Shown: positions 1 to 10,449, counted from the stretch's first letter. The stretch: DNA of 64,000 nt from Myxococcales bacterium (GCA_043747615.1 JAYTOU010000051.1:1-64000), one strand, 5' to 3'. Numbers and translations are program-made. The notes: generated by a model not told the origin, from the sequence alone.

Positions 1-785
1 GGTTAGCAGGTTGACCACCACCTGCTCGATCCGCGTTGCGTCCGCGTCCACGTGAAAGCCCCCCGCTCCTGCGGTCACCTCGAGCCGATGCCCGCGTGCT
101 TCCACCGCCGCTGGGATCCGGCGACGCGGGTCGCAATCTCCCGGCGGGTCTTGATTTGGCGCTCGACAAAGACCTGCTCGGTCGTCTCGGTAACGATAGA
201 GAGCACGCCGCCGAAGCCGGAGGCGGTCGTCTCGTCGGGCACCGGGCAGTAGGCTGTCGTGAAGTAAGTCTCCTCGAAAAAGCCCTTGCGATCGAGGAGC
301 AGCGGTTGGCCACCGCTCCATGTGACGGGCTGCCCCGCCAAGGCCGAAGCGAATTTTGACTCCACGAGGCGCCAGACGTTTGCCCATGACTCCTTCAACG
401 GCCGCCCCATCGACTGCGGGTGCTTATCGCCCAAGATGGGCCGGTTGGCGTCATTGTAGAACTGCACGAGCTCGGGACCCCAGGCGAGGTGCATGGGGTT
501 GGGACTGCGAAGCAAGACGCCGACGATGGTCTTGAGCGCCTGGGACCACCCGGACACTGGCCCGAGCGCAGTCTTCGACCAGTCGATGGAGCGCATCAGG
601 GACCCCATCTGCGAGCCGTCAAAAAAGCTGTCGATCCGGGCGTTCGATCCGGGTGTTCGCACCGGCGTTCCGGGGTCGTCGAGAGCGTCTGACTCGCGCG
701 TAGTGATCATGATTGGCCCTTCGTGCCCAGACGACTCATCAGACCAGCCCCCGTTCCTGCAGCGCGCTCGTTTTTCGGGCGCCAT
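1..785 (-). pseudogene. Sensor histidine kinase with a large internal deletion: PAS-like N-terminus joined out of frame to the start of HATPase_c; continues past the window edge
   Basis: ORF 75..785 has a typical HK N-terminus (IDWSKTALGP..W, QFYNDA..ILGDKHP). A different frame at ~110..1 reads AAVEARGHRLEV..DADATRIEQVVVNLLT (N-box). No HisKA H-box lies between them. Confidence 0.75.
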
Positions 786-1031
786 AGGATGGTCTTGCGC
801 GGCTCGTCGGCGCGATCGATCTCCGCGTGAAATGAAATAGCTAGGACGACGCCTTCATCGCTCATCCGAATTTTCCCCCAGGCCACGTGCAGCCTGGGGC
901 GATGCGCGCTCGAGAAGCCGTGCGAGATCGTTCTGCGTGAGAAGCGCTTCGATCCACATACAGAGCTCCCATGCCAGAAGCCGCTTCGTGGATGCGACGG
1001 CGACTGAACCAGCCGAACGGTGACCCTGCGT

Positions 1032-1859
1032 TCAGGACCGAAAAAATCGGGAGACGACCGTTGCCGTAGCGATTGGCTGCTCGAGCGTGAGGTCGTGCCC
1101 CGAGGCTGCAATCACCTCGAACACCGCGTGGGGGATCCCCTCCGAAAGAACGCGCGGAGACGCGGTGCCGAGCAGGGTGTCATCCGCGCCGGCGAGCACC
1201 AACGTCGGCGCCTGGATGCAGTGAAGCTCGCGTCGTGCGTCGTGGAGCAGACCGGCGAGGGCGTGCTTCAAGAGACTAGCGCGCGACGTCGGATCGGCCT
1301 CGATCTCGCGCTCGATCTGGCGCGTCTGTACCGGGTGCGCGCTGCGAAAGCGTGGCGAGAGGATCCGATCGACGAGGCTCGCCTCTACCTCGCGACGGGG
1401 GCGGACGAAGCAGGCGGCCAGGGTGAGCTCGCGGCGAAGGCCAGCGCGACTGAGCTCGATTCCTCGGGCGGGCGCGCAGGCGATGCACAGCTTTGCCACC
1501 CGCGCGGGAGCGAGGATCGCCAGCCACGTCGCGGCCATGCCTCCGAGGGAGATCCCGAAGACGTGTGCGCGCGGAATGCGAAGATGATCGAGAACGGAAA
1601 GGCCGTCGCGCGCGAGCCCATTCGTGCTCACCCACGCATCCTCCGGGCTCGAGCTGCCGACGCCGCGGAAGTCGAAGGAGACGACCCGACGGCTCTCCGC
1701 GAGGCGATCGCGGAACGAGCCCCATAGCGCCATCGATCCGCCGAGCGGGCGAATGAGCAACACGGGAGTGCCGGCGTTCTTCCCGCCGTGGACCTCGTAG
1801 GAAATCTCTCCGCCGCCGGCGAGCGCCGCGATCCCCCGCTCGGGAACGACCGTCGTCAC
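1032..1859 (-). CDS. Alpha/beta fold hydrolase
   Basis: GISLGG nucleophile motif, GADD acid and GHDL His; overlaps the upstream acyltransferase stop (GTGA). Confidence 0.9.
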   Translation of the reverse strand: MTTVVPERGIAALAGGGEISYEVHGGKNAGTPVLLIRPLGGSMALWGSFRDRLAESRRVVSFDFRGVGSSSPEDAWVSTNGLARDGLSVLDHLRIPRAHVFGISLGGMAATWLAILAPARVAKLCIACAPARGIELSRAGLRRELTLAACFVRPRREVEASLVDRILSPRFRSAHPVQTRQIEREIEADPTSRASLLKHALAGLLHDARRELHCIQAPTLVLAGADDTLLGTASPRVLSEGIPHAVFEVIAASGHDLTLEQPIATATVVSRFFRS

Positions 1860-2647
1860 GAGCTCCGCGCTCGGCTGCGCCGCGCGAGATCACTTAGCGC
1901 CGCCTGCATCTCCGCTCGCACCCGCTCTCGAATCATCTCGGGATCCGCGTCGGTAGGCACGCTCATCGGAGGAAGCGCTCGGAGCTGGATGGGGAAGGGT
2001 AGCGGAAAATACGGAAGCCACGGCCCGAGCGCGAGCCCCCAGGGGAGCGCGAGCGCGAGCGGAAATCGCTCCAGACGAGCCCAGCGTTTGAGCCTCAGAA
2101 ATGCGGCGATTCTGTCGCCCTCGGAGAAGATGTACGCGCTGCGATGCGCGCCATGGGCGACGATCGGGACGATGGGTACACCCGCTAGCTGAGCGACACG
2201 GACGAAGCCGGATCGAGTGCCGAGGACGACCTCGTCGCGCCGGCGAGCGTGGCGATACGCGTCCAGATCTCCGCCCGGATAGACCAGCACTTGAGCCCCC
2301 GCGCGGAGTGCACGAATGGCGTTCCCACGCGTCGCCCGGATCGCGCCGAAGCGCTGGAGTAGCGCGCCGAAGGGCTGGAGGTGCACCATCGGAAAGTCGT
2401 GGGCGAGGGCGTAGAGCGGGGCGCCTGGACCGCGCGCGTCCCAGAGCGAGCCCAGCGTGCAGCACAAGTCGGGGCCGGCGATGCCGCCGTTGTGGTTGCC
2501 GACGTAGAGCACCGGTCCTCGTGGAAGAAGGTCGAAACCTTGCGCGTCGAGCCTCACGTAACGCCGGTTCCAGAGCCTCACGAGCGGAAGAAGAGACGCG
2601 ATGAGCGCCGGATCGCGCGCGTTGAGGCGATCAGCGTCGTGCTTCAC
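1856..2647 (-). CDS. Lysophospholipid/PlsC-family acyltransferase
   Basis: NHNGGIAGPD (His...Asp) motif, YPGGD, GFVRVA..VPIVP; GTG start at 2647 overlaps the oxidoreductase stop. Confidence 0.85.
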   Translation of the reverse strand: MKHDADRLNARDPALIASLLPLVRLWNRRYVRLDAQGFDLLPRGPVLYVGNHNGGIAGPDLCCTLGSLWDARGPGAPLYALAHDFPMVHLQPFGALLQRFGAIRATRGNAIRALRAGAQVLVYPGGDLDAYRHARRRDEVVLGTRSGFVRVAQLAGVPIVPIVAHGAHRSAYIFSEGDRIAAFLRLKRWARLERFPLALALPWGLALGPWLPYFPLPFPIQLRALPPMSVPTDADPEMIRERVRAEMQAALSDLARRSRARSS

Positions 2648-3774
2648 GCGCCCCCGGCGGCCAGCGTCGTTCGAGAGAGCGCGGCGTCGGAGACCCGAGT
2701 GTGAAAAGCCACCGTCGACATGAGGCCGGGCCACATTCGAGCCGCCGCGCTCAGCGCCGACTGTGCGGGACGCCGCACGAGACCGTGCGAAAGGATCGTC
2801 GCCAGGAGCACCTGCCCCGTCACGTCGCGGGCGAGCTTCCGCTGATACGCGTCCGCGCTCCCTCCCTCGAGGTACGTCGCGGCCGCGAGCTCCGCGCTGT
2901 GGAGCGCGATCGACATTCCATCGCCCGAGAACGAAGGGATCACGGCCGCTTGGTCGCCGAGGCGCCACAAGCCATCTGCGCGCCGCCGCACGTGTCCGTA
3001 CGGAATCGACGAGAGCGCCATCGGTCTCGGCCAGCAAGCCTCCGCGCCGGTGAGTCGCATATCGAGGTGCGGTGACTCCGCGCGGATTGCCGTGAGCACG
3101 CTCTGCCAGCGCTGACCGAGCGCGCGCAAACGGTGACGACGAATCAGGAGGCAAAGGTTGGCAAGCCCCCCCTCGATCGGCTCGAGACCGGCGTATCCCC
3201 CTTCGAAGAGCACCAGCTCGACATGCCGCTCGAGCGCAGCAGCTTCGCCTGGAGCGAGCCGCCAGTGGAGCTTGAATGCGACGAGATCGTGCTGGATGCC
3301 TGCGGGTCGCTTGTGACTACGCAGGTCGTGCTTGCCGGTCGCCAGGAAAACCTCGCCCGCGGCGATGAGATCGCCGTCTTCGAGGCGCACGTTCCAGCCA
3401 GCACTTCCGCGCGTGAGCTCGACGACCTTGGCGCCACGACGGACCGTCGCTCCTGCCGCGGCCGCACGCTGGAGGAGCGCTTCGTCGAGCACGCGGCGAG
3501 ACAAGCTCATCGCGGTGAAGGGGAGGGGAACGCCGACCACGGGGCCACGCCCGCACAGCCTCACGGAGTCGATCGCGACGGCACCGAGCGCGGCGAGATC
3601 GACCCCGAGCGACGCGAGGTACAGACGGGCCTCGCGCGACACGAACTCGCCGCAGACCTTGTGCGCGGTCTCAGCCTCGCGCTCGAGCAAGAGTACCTCG
3701 CGGCCAGCGAGCCCGAGTCGCGTCGCGAGCGCGGCACCCGCCAAGCCGCCGCCGATCACGACCGCGTCCGTCAT
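2644..3774 (-). CDS. FAD-dependent oxidoreductase/monooxygenase
   Basis: GGGLAG Rossmann motif, KVCGEF, LGDQAAVIPSFSGDGMSIAL. Confidence 0.9.
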   Translation of the reverse strand: MTDAVVIGGGLAGAALATRLGLAGREVLLLEREAETAHKVCGEFVSREARLYLASLGVDLAALGAVAIDSVRLCGRGPVVGVPLPFTAMSLSRRVLDEALLQRAAAAGATVRRGAKVVELTRGSAGWNVRLEDGDLIAAGEVFLATGKHDLRSHKRPAGIQHDLVAFKLHWRLAPGEAAALERHVELVLFEGGYAGLEPIEGGLANLCLLIRRHRLRALGQRWQSVLTAIRAESPHLDMRLTGAEACWPRPMALSSIPYGHVRRRADGLWRLGDQAAVIPSFSGDGMSIALHSAELAAATYLEGGSADAYQRKLARDVTGQVLLATILSHGLVRRPAQSALSAAARMWPGLMSTVAFHTRVSDAALSRTTLAAGGA

Positions 3775-4496
3775 CTCTCCTTCAGCCTTCCGACCGTGAG
3801 CCGGAACGGGACCATCCAGCGGACCTCGACGGCGCCCGGCGCGATCGCCGCCTCACGAAGGAGTCGCGCCCAATCCGCCTTTGCGAACGCGCGGGCGATC
3901 GACACCGGCCCGTCGTGCCGCACGAAGCGATGAAAGCGAGCAAGCTTCGCGAAGTGCTTGAAGAAGTGAAACGGAACCGGATGACGGTGCAGATCGTTCA
4001 CGAACCAGCCGAGCCGCGCCGTCGTCTCCATCCAACGCAAGAATTTCTCGACGAGCGGATCCGGCAGGTGATGCGTGAAGAGTGAGCTCACGACGACGTC
4101 GATCCCGCGCGCCGGCTCGTACGCGAAGGCATCGGCGGTGACCCACTCGATCTTCCGACGCGGCGGCGTGGCCTCGAGAGCTGCGCGTCGTGACCACGGA
4201 TTCAGATCCACCCCGGTGAGCGACACCTCGACCCCGCGGCGCTCTGCCCACGCATCGATCGCGCGCAGCATGTCTCCATAGCCGCTCCCAACGTCGACGA
4301 TCTCGATCGGGCGACCGAGCGCTCTCGCTCTCGGCAGAAGGCGATCGAAGAACGCGAGGGTCGGGCGGTACGCGAGCGTCAGACGATTCACCCGCGCCAG
4401 ATCGACGAGGCAAGCCTGGAACTCCTCGAACCCCACGGGCTCGGTGTCCATGAGCTCGTCCTGCGTGGAGCGCGCGGTGAAATCCATGGTCGTCAT
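3771..4496 (-). CDS. SAM-dependent methyltransferase (type III PKS-associated)
   Basis: DVGSGYGD motif I, SSLFTHHL, NDLHRH; coupled to neighbouring genes. Confidence 0.9.
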   Translation of the reverse strand: MTTMDFTARSTQDELMDTEPVGFEEFQACLVDLARVNRLTLAYRPTLAFFDRLLPRARALGRPIEIVDVGSGYGDMLRAIDAWAERRGVEVSLTGVDLNPWSRRAALEATPPRRKIEWVTADAFAYEPARGIDVVVSSLFTHHLPDPLVEKFLRWMETTARLGWFVNDLHRHPVPFHFFKHFAKLARFHRFVRHDGPVSIARAFAKADWARLLREAAIAPGAVEVRWMVPFRLTVGRLKER

Positions 4497-4500
4497 ACAG

Positions 4501-5571
4501 CTACGCCTTGTGGAAGAGCATGGTCTCAGCAGTCAACCCAGGCCCGAACGACATCGCGCAGCCGCGCTCCCCCGAACGTGCGCGGGCGAGGACCGACTCG
4601 AGAACGAACATCACGGTCGCCGAAGACATGTTGCCGAAGCGCTCGAGGACGCTCCGCGACTCGGCGAGCGAATCTGGCCCTAGACCGAGCCCGCTTGTGA
4701 CGGCATCGAGCACGGAGCGTCCGCCCGGGTGCACCGCCCAGAGATCGATCGCGTCGGCGGAGGCGCCATCGAGGATCGCGCCCGCCACGCTCCCTAGACC
4801 GTGGGAAATCTCCGCGGGAACACGACCGGAAAGGAACATCTCGAAGCCGGAGTCGCGGATCTTCCAGGTGATGTGGCGCTGGGTTTCGGGAAGGAGCGCG
4901 CCGTGGAAGCGATCGATCGCGAGCCCGGTCGGGTCGGCGCTCACGAGGCTCGCGGCGCATCCGTCACCGAACACGAGGAAGGAGAGCATCTGCTCGATGT
5001 CCGTTGTCTCCTGCATGTGCAGAGAGCACAGCTCGAGGTTCAACACCAGGACCCGCGCCTCCGGCTCGGAGCGAATGATGTGGCGCGCAAGCTTGAGGGC
5101 ATTGATCGCAGCGTAGCAGCCCATGAAGCCAACCATCGTGCGCTCGACGGCGGGGTCGAGACCGCACTGCTGGACGAGATCGAGATCGAGCCCGGGCGCG
5201 TACATGCCGGTGCACGAGGTCACGATCACGTGGGAGACGCGCTTGGCGTCCGCGCCGAGCTCAAGCTTGGCCACCGTCTCGATGGCGAGCCTTGGGGCAT
5301 GCTTCTCGTAGAGCTGCATGCGCTCTGCGGTGGTCGGGAATCGCCCGCGCGTGTAGACGCCCGTCGCGTCGACCGACGCGCCTTCCGGATTGGCGGCCGG
5401 AGGAAGGATCGAGAAGCGATGGTTGATCTGAGCCTTTGTGGCGAGGCGATCGAAGATTGAACGCGTGCGCGGCCCATCGAGGAGGGTGCGTGCGAATCGC
5501 ACGAAAGCATCGTGCACGTCGTGAAGCGGGACCGCCGTGGCGATCCGATTGATGTGAGCGGTTGCCACCAC
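4501..5571 (-). CDS. Type III polyketide synthase
   Basis: Cys-His-Asn triad in GFMGCYAA, AVHPGG and FGNMSS; SFGPG near the C-terminus. Confidence 0.95.
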   Translation of the reverse strand: MVATAHINRIATAVPLHDVHDAFVRFARTLLDGPRTRSIFDRLATKAQINHRFSILPPAANPEGASVDATGVYTRGRFPTTAERMQLYEKHAPRLAIETVAKLELGADAKRVSHVIVTSCTGMYAPGLDLDLVQQCGLDPAVERTMVGFMGCYAAINALKLARHIIRSEPEARVLVLNLELCSLHMQETTDIEQMLSFLVFGDGCAASLVSADPTGLAIDRFHGALLPETQRHITWKIRDSGFEMFLSGRVPAEISHGLGSVAGAILDGASADAIDLWAVHPGGRSVLDAVTSGLGLGPDSLAESRSVLERFGNMSSATVMFVLESVLARARSGERGCAMSFGPGLTAETMLFHKA

Positions 5572-5731
5572 TTGTCGATGCGCGCTCGGCGGGCGCCGTT
5601 GCGCAACTCACATCACGTTGACAGCAAGCCCTTCAGCTAGCGGCTCCGACGTTCCCTTCACGGGTCGCGGTTAGGTTTCCTCGCTCCGATGGACGAAACG
5701 ATACACTGGCAGCGCCAAGGAGAAAGATCGC

Positions 5732-6703
5732 GTGATGCAGGCACACATTTTCATCGACGGAGCGATCGAGCGCACCACGAGCCTCGATGAGCTGCGCGCG
5801 GCGCGCACCGCGGGCAGAAAGATGTGGATCGATCTCGAGCAGCGCACTCCAGAAATCGATCGCATGCTCGGCGAGACGTTCGGCATTCACCCGCTCGTCA
5901 TCGAGGACATATGGTCGGAGCGCAGCATCCCCAAAATGGACGAGTTCGACGAGTACCTCTACGTCGTCGTCCACGGCGTGCGGCGCGAGAGCTCGCCGAA
6001 AAAAGTCGAGCTCTGGGTGCTCGACGTCGTTCTCGCGAAGGACTTCGTGTTGACGCAGCACCGCGATCCGCTGTCGGCTGAGGCTGTACGAGCACTCCTG
6101 ATGAAGGAGCCGCGCCTTCTCGCAGATGGCGCTGCGTGGCTTGCGCACGCATTCGTCGACGACGTAGTCGATCGCTACCTGCCCCTGATGGACGCTCTCG
6201 GCAACGCGCTCGAACGCGTCGAGCACGAGGTCCTCGCCACCTCCGCCGAGTCCGGCGAGCGGGACCTCTTGCCGGAGCTCTTCGCGCTGAAGAGCGCGGT
6301 CCAATCTATCGATCGCATCACGCATCACCAGCGCGACGTCCTGCGTCGGCTATCGCGTTGCGAGCTGCGCGAAGTTCCGCGCGACGCGATGCCCTACTTT
6401 CGCGACGTCTACGACCACTTCACCCGCGTCGCGGATCGCGCCGACGCGCTGCGCGACATCGTTGTCGACGCGACCGACGCATTCCTTGGCGTGCAGTCGA
6501 ACCGCATGAACGCCACGGTCAAGAGGCTCACGCTGATCTCGACGCTGATGCTTCCGCTCACGTTCGTGACCGGCTTCTTCGGAATGAACTTCCGGCACAT
6601 GCCTGAGCTCGATTGGAAGTGGGGTCAGCTCTACGCGCTCGGCCTCATGGCACTCGTCGCTGGAGCGGCCCTCACGTATTTAAAGAAGAAGCGCTGGATC
6701 TGA
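5732..6703 (+). CDS. corA: Magnesium/cobalt transporter CorA
   Basis: FGIHPL.IED, YFRDVYDH and FFGMNF signature followed by a second TM helix. Confidence 0.92.
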   Translation: MMQAHIFIDGAIERTTSLDELRAARTAGRKMWIDLEQRTPEIDRMLGETFGIHPLVIEDIWSERSIPKMDEFDEYLYVVVHGVRRESSPKKVELWVLDVVLAKDFVLTQHRDPLSAEAVRALLMKEPRLLADGAAWLAHAFVDDVVDRYLPLMDALGNALERVEHEVLATSAESGERDLLPELFALKSAVQSIDRITHHQRDVLRRLSRCELREVPRDAMPYFRDVYDHFTRVADRADALRDIVVDATDAFLGVQSNRMNATVKRLTLISTLMLPLTFVTGFFGMNFRHMPELDWKWGQLYALGLMALVAGAALTYLKKKRWI

Positions 6704-6929
6704 TTGAGGAGTCGACTTCGAGAAGAGCCGTCAGGACGACGTATTCTTCATTTTCTTCGGCCTCGTCTCTGTCTTCTTTGGCACCTCCTCGCTCGCTCCC
6801 TCGCCGTACTTCCACCCGCGCATCGCTCTGGTCGCGGTCTTCGCCTTCTTCTCGCCATGTAAACGCGTTCATTCTAAGACCTGCGCCGAAAGCGTAGCGG
6901 GGGCGGGCCAAGAATGCTCTGCTCGGCGA

Positions 6930-8252
6930 GTGTCGATCTCCTATTCCCGCCGTGTGGCTGCGATCACGCTGGCCCCGCTCGTCTTCGTTGCTGCCTGTGC
7001 TGCCCGCCCGTCGCCCGTGCTTCCCGTCGCCGCACCTGCGTGGCCGCGCGCACGGGTGACCCTCGTCGTCGACACCGTCGATGGGCTCGGCCTCTTCCTC
7101 GACGAGACCGCCGAGGCCAACGCGAGGCTTGCTTCGTGGGCGGCGCGCGAGGTCGTCAAGGTGGTCGACCCCTCGCTCCAGCGCCAGGTCTTGGAGCGCG
7201 CGCGCTCTGGCCGCGATGCGCAGACGGGGGCGAGCTGTGGCCTGCCGATCGCGCGTTGGGCGGCGCGCGAGAGGTGGAGCGAGGTCCTCGGCGCGAACGG
7301 AATCCTCCGCGCTCGGGTCATGTGCGACTACGAGAAGAAGACGTGCACGCTCGGCGTCGAGGCCGACACGGGCCCCCAGTTCGAGGGCGACGTCCTCTTC
7401 GAGCTCACCGCTCCCTTCGACCCGCGCGCACCGTGGCGCAAGGAGCTCCCCCGGTCCCTTGCGGCGCTCGCGCCGATCCATGACGACGCCTCCGGGATGG
7501 GGGGACTCGGCCTTTTGGAGAACGGAGTGGAGCCCGTCCACGCTCATCCCGAGCATCTCGGCGTGTGGGCCTATCCAGCGCGCGCCATCGACGGAACCAG
7601 CAGCCTCGACGGCACGCCCTTCTTTGCGAAAGGGACTGGGCCGCTGCGGGAGTGCGTCCCCGGCTTGGAGGGGCTCGAGCTTCTCGTTGACGTCGACGCG
7701 CGCGGCGTGGTCTCGCGTTGCGAGGCACGTGAGGCGGACGACGCTGCGGCTCGCTGTGCGTGCGACGCGTTCAAGGAGCACGCCCTCGCCTCGGATGCGG
7801 CGCGCGGGAAGCGGCTCTACGTCGGCGTGGATCACCAGCCGGCCGAGGTCGCGACCCCGACGAACGCCGTCGTCCGCGCGTCGGTGCGGACGCACATCGA
7901 GTCGTACACGAATCTTCAGGGGCAAACGGTATGGCGCCCGCTCGTAAGCGATCGCGCAATCGCCGACTGGAAGCCACCGACCGTGGATCGCATCTCCGCG
8001 TGCTTCGCGACGAGCCCCGCCCGAGGCGACAAGGAGTTGCACCTGCTCGTGCGCGTCACCTTCGACGGCGCGGGTCACGCGGTCGCGGCGGATCTCGCGC
8101 GCGCAGGAGACGCCCTCGTCACGGAGGAAGCCGTCGCCTGCGTGAAGAATGCGTTCCTCCGCTCAGTCGCCCCGTGCCCTCGCGCCACGGGGGCCACCGC
8201 AACCGCGGAGCTGAGCCTCTTCGTCCTCACGCTCGCGGCGCCCGCGCCATGA
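6930..8252 (+). CDS. Hypothetical lipoprotein, possibly with two AgmX/TonB-C-like modules
   Basis: Signal peptide with VAAC lipobox; segments LLVDVDARGVV..RCAC and VRVTFDGAG..ACVKNAF. Confidence 0.6.
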   Translation: MSISYSRRVAAITLAPLVFVAACAARPSPVLPVAAPAWPRARVTLVVDTVDGLGLFLDETAEANARLASWAAREVVKVVDPSLQRQVLERARSGRDAQTGASCGLPIARWAARERWSEVLGANGILRARVMCDYEKKTCTLGVEADTGPQFEGDVLFELTAPFDPRAPWRKELPRSLAALAPIHDDASGMGGLGLLENGVEPVHAHPEHLGVWAYPARAIDGTSSLDGTPFFAKGTGPLRECVPGLEGLELLVDVDARGVVSRCEAREADDAAARCACDAFKEHALASDAARGKRLYVGVDHQPAEVATPTNAVVRASVRTHIESYTNLQGQTVWRPLVSDRAIADWKPPTVDRISACFATSPARGDKELHLLVRVTFDGAGHAVAADLARAGDALVTEEAVACVKNAFLRSVAPCPRATGATATAELSLFVLTLAAPAP

Positions 8253-8432
8253 GGAAGCCATCGAAACGGGCAGCCCCCAAAGCTCGCACCGCTGCCGCGC
8301 GAAGCGTGTCTCTCGATCTTCAGCGACGCAGCCGCCTTTGCGAAGGAGCTCGATCGCCAAAACCCCCGGGGCCATGATCTCCCCGGCCCGGGCCGTTGCA
8401 AGCGCCGACCCGCTCTGTCACCCTGCATTTGC

Positions 8433-8840
8433 ATGCTTCGCCATCGTCTGTGGATTCTTGGCGCGTTGAGCTTCTTCGGCTGCCACTCGGAGCGCGCGTT
8501 CGAGATGACGTCGGAGATGACCGGCCAAACCTGCGCCGCGCAAGGCCAGGCGCTAGCGGAACCAGAGGTTCGGCTCCGTTACGTCAACGCCCCCAAGTAC
8601 TACGAATTGTTCTGCTCGAGCGCGCTGGCAACCGCACTCAAGGCGAGCGCGAAGCCCACCGTGCGAATGGTGGCTCGGCGCAATAACGGACAAGGGAGCT
8701 ACTCCATCTGCGAAGTCGCCGGTATCAAAGCGAACGCACCGGGAACGGAGTGCACCTTCGAAGGGCACAAGCTGGGTGGATACGACACTGTGCCGGGGCG
8801 CGACTCGAACCAGAGCAACAAGCCCGCTCCGTGGGACTGA
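8433..8840 (+). CDS. Hypothetical small lipoprotein
   Basis: Signal peptide ending FFGC; several Cys; typical codon usage. Confidence 0.65.
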   Translation: MLRHRLWILGALSFFGCHSERAFEMTSEMTGQTCAAQGQALAEPEVRLRYVNAPKYYELFCSSALATALKASAKPTVRMVARRNNGQGSYSICEVAGIKANAPGTECTFEGHKLGGYDTVPGRDSNQSNKPAPWD

Positions 8841-8950
8841 GCGGAAGCCTGCTCGCTCGACGCTCCGCGCACGCAGTTCATGGAGGAGTCGCACCGGCGG
8901 TCCGATCCTTCAAGGAGAGCTGCGGGATGGTCACCGCTCCAACTTCCCCC

Positions 8951-9130
8951 TCACGCGTCGTCTTCGTCCTCTTCTATCGGGAGCGGCGGCGCCTTCACGG
9001 CCGGCTGCTTCGCGGGCGCATCCCCCGGGCCGCTCGGTCCGCCGCGTCCGGGGCCGTATCCGTGCGAGGCGCCGTAGCCCGCATCTTTTTCGACCGGGAT
9101 CGCAGGCGCTTTTTTCTTCGGGTCGGTCAT
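8951..9130 (-). CDS. 59-aa Gly/Pro-rich small protein (not in the ORF track)
   Basis: MTDPKKKAPAIPVEKDAGYGASHGYGPGRGGPSGPGDAPAKQPAVKAPPLPIEEDEDDA*; its ATG overlaps the LLM gene stop (ATGA). Confidence 0.6.
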   Translation of the reverse strand: MTDPKKKAPAIPVEKDAGYGASHGYGPGRGGPSGPGDAPAKQPAVKAPPLPIEEDEDDA

Positions 9131-10137
9131 GATCTTTGGATGCCGTGCGAGGGGTCGCGGTTCTCAGCGAGCAGCGTGAGGGAACGAAGGCGCTCGTCGA
9201 TGGTCGGGGAGGGGTGCACGGTCATGAGCTCGTCGGCGTCGGCCTTCTTCGCGAAGGCCTCGAGGTATGCGGCGACCTCGCTCGCCGTTCCCACGGCCGC
9301 GTAGGTGCCCATCGTTTTGATCCGCTGGCCGGCGGGCGAATCGAGGACGCTCTGGGCCTCCGTCTCGGTCCAGCTCTCGCCGCCCACACCGCGGCCTAGA
9401 AGCGCGCGCACGCGCCAGCGCTGAACCGCCGCGAGCTGGTCGTGCGCGTCGTCGGCGCGGTCGGCAGCGATCACGTTGACGCCGGCGATGACGTACGGCT
9501 TCGCGAGCTGCTCGGAGGCCTGGAATTCGCGGCGGTAGATGGCCACGGCTCGTTCGAGCGCATCTGGCGCAAAGTGCGAGGCGAACGCATACGGTAGACC
9601 GAGACGCGCGGCGAGCTGCGCGCCGAACAGCGATGAGCCGAGGATGTAGAGCGGCACGTGCGTGCCCTTGCCGGGGATGGCCTCGATACCGGGAATGCGG
9701 GATTCGTCGCCCAGGTAGCCCTGCAGCTCGAGGATGTCCTCGGGGAACGCATCGGACGTCTGCGGAAGAACGCGCAGCGCGCGCGACGTGACGGGATCGG
9801 TGCCCGGCGCGCGTCCTAGGCCGAGGTCGATGCGGTCCGGATGGAGGCTCGCCAGCGTACCGAACTGCTCGGCGATAAGGAGCGGCGCGTGATTCGGCAG
9901 CATGATGCCGCCGGCGCCGAGGCGGATCGTCTTCGTGTGCGCTGCGACGTGCGCAATGAGCACGCTCGTCGCAGACGACGCGATCGAGGTGATGTTGTGG
10001 TGCTCCGCGTACCAGATGCGGCGGTAGTCGAGCTTCTCGGCGAGCTGCGCCATGGCCACGCAGCCGGCAAACGTCTCGCGCGGCGCCTGGCCCTTGGCAA
10101 CGAACGCGAGGTCGAGGAGCGAGAGCGGAACCGACAT
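9127..10137 (-). CDS. LLM-class (luciferase-like) flavin-dependent oxidoreductase
   Basis: WYAEHHN, IRLGAGGIMLPNH, RIDLGLGRAPG, LGSSLFGA..AA..GLPYAFASHF. Confidence 0.93.
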   Translation of the reverse strand: MSVPLSLLDLAFVAKGQAPRETFAGCVAMAQLAEKLDYRRIWYAEHHNITSIASSATSVLIAHVAAHTKTIRLGAGGIMLPNHAPLLIAEQFGTLASLHPDRIDLGLGRAPGTDPVTSRALRVLPQTSDAFPEDILELQGYLGDESRIPGIEAIPGKGTHVPLYILGSSLFGAQLAARLGLPYAFASHFAPDALERAVAIYRREFQASEQLAKPYVIAGVNVIAADRADDAHDQLAAVQRWRVRALLGRGVGGESWTETEAQSVLDSPAGQRIKTMGTYAAVGTASEVAAYLEAFAKKADADELMTVHPSPTIDERLRSLTLLAENRDPSHGIQRS

Positions 10138-10255
10138 CCCCCTTGAATGCCAGCTCGGTCACGGCGTGTCGAGCGCAGCCCGGCTCTAACACGGTAGAGC
10201 TGCAGGTGCCGACGCTGCATTAGGCCACTTCCTTTCGCTGCCTCTCGAACCGGGT

Positions 10256-10435
10256 CTGCGGCCGGCGATGAAAGTGCTCCTCGTCTCTGGGTACACCGAG
10301 GCGACGATCGTGCATCACGGGGTGCTCGACGCAGGCGTCGAGTTTCTGGCCAAGCCCATTCTTCCTGAGGCGCTGTTGAAAAAAGTTCGGCGTCTACTCG
10401 ACTCTCCGCTGCACACGCCCGGCTTCCGCGAGTGA
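10256..10435 (+). pseudogene. C-terminal half of a response-regulator receiver domain (remnant of a hybrid kinase)
   Basis: [49 protein letters not shown]; the acidic pocket and phospho-Asp half are absent. Confidence 0.75.
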
Positions 10436-10449
10436 GTAGCTAGCCCCGC

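Noticed and set aside
6704..6900. Purine-skewed stretch with a Lys-rich reading (KKAKTATRAMRGWKYGEG)
   Set aside because: No convincing start or family; may be a remnant but cannot be assigned.
8384..8400. CGGCCCGGGCCGTTGCA as a sigma54 promoter (similar cases near 5587 and 21663)
   Set aside because: GG-GC spacing is off by one base; sigma54 requires exact spacing.
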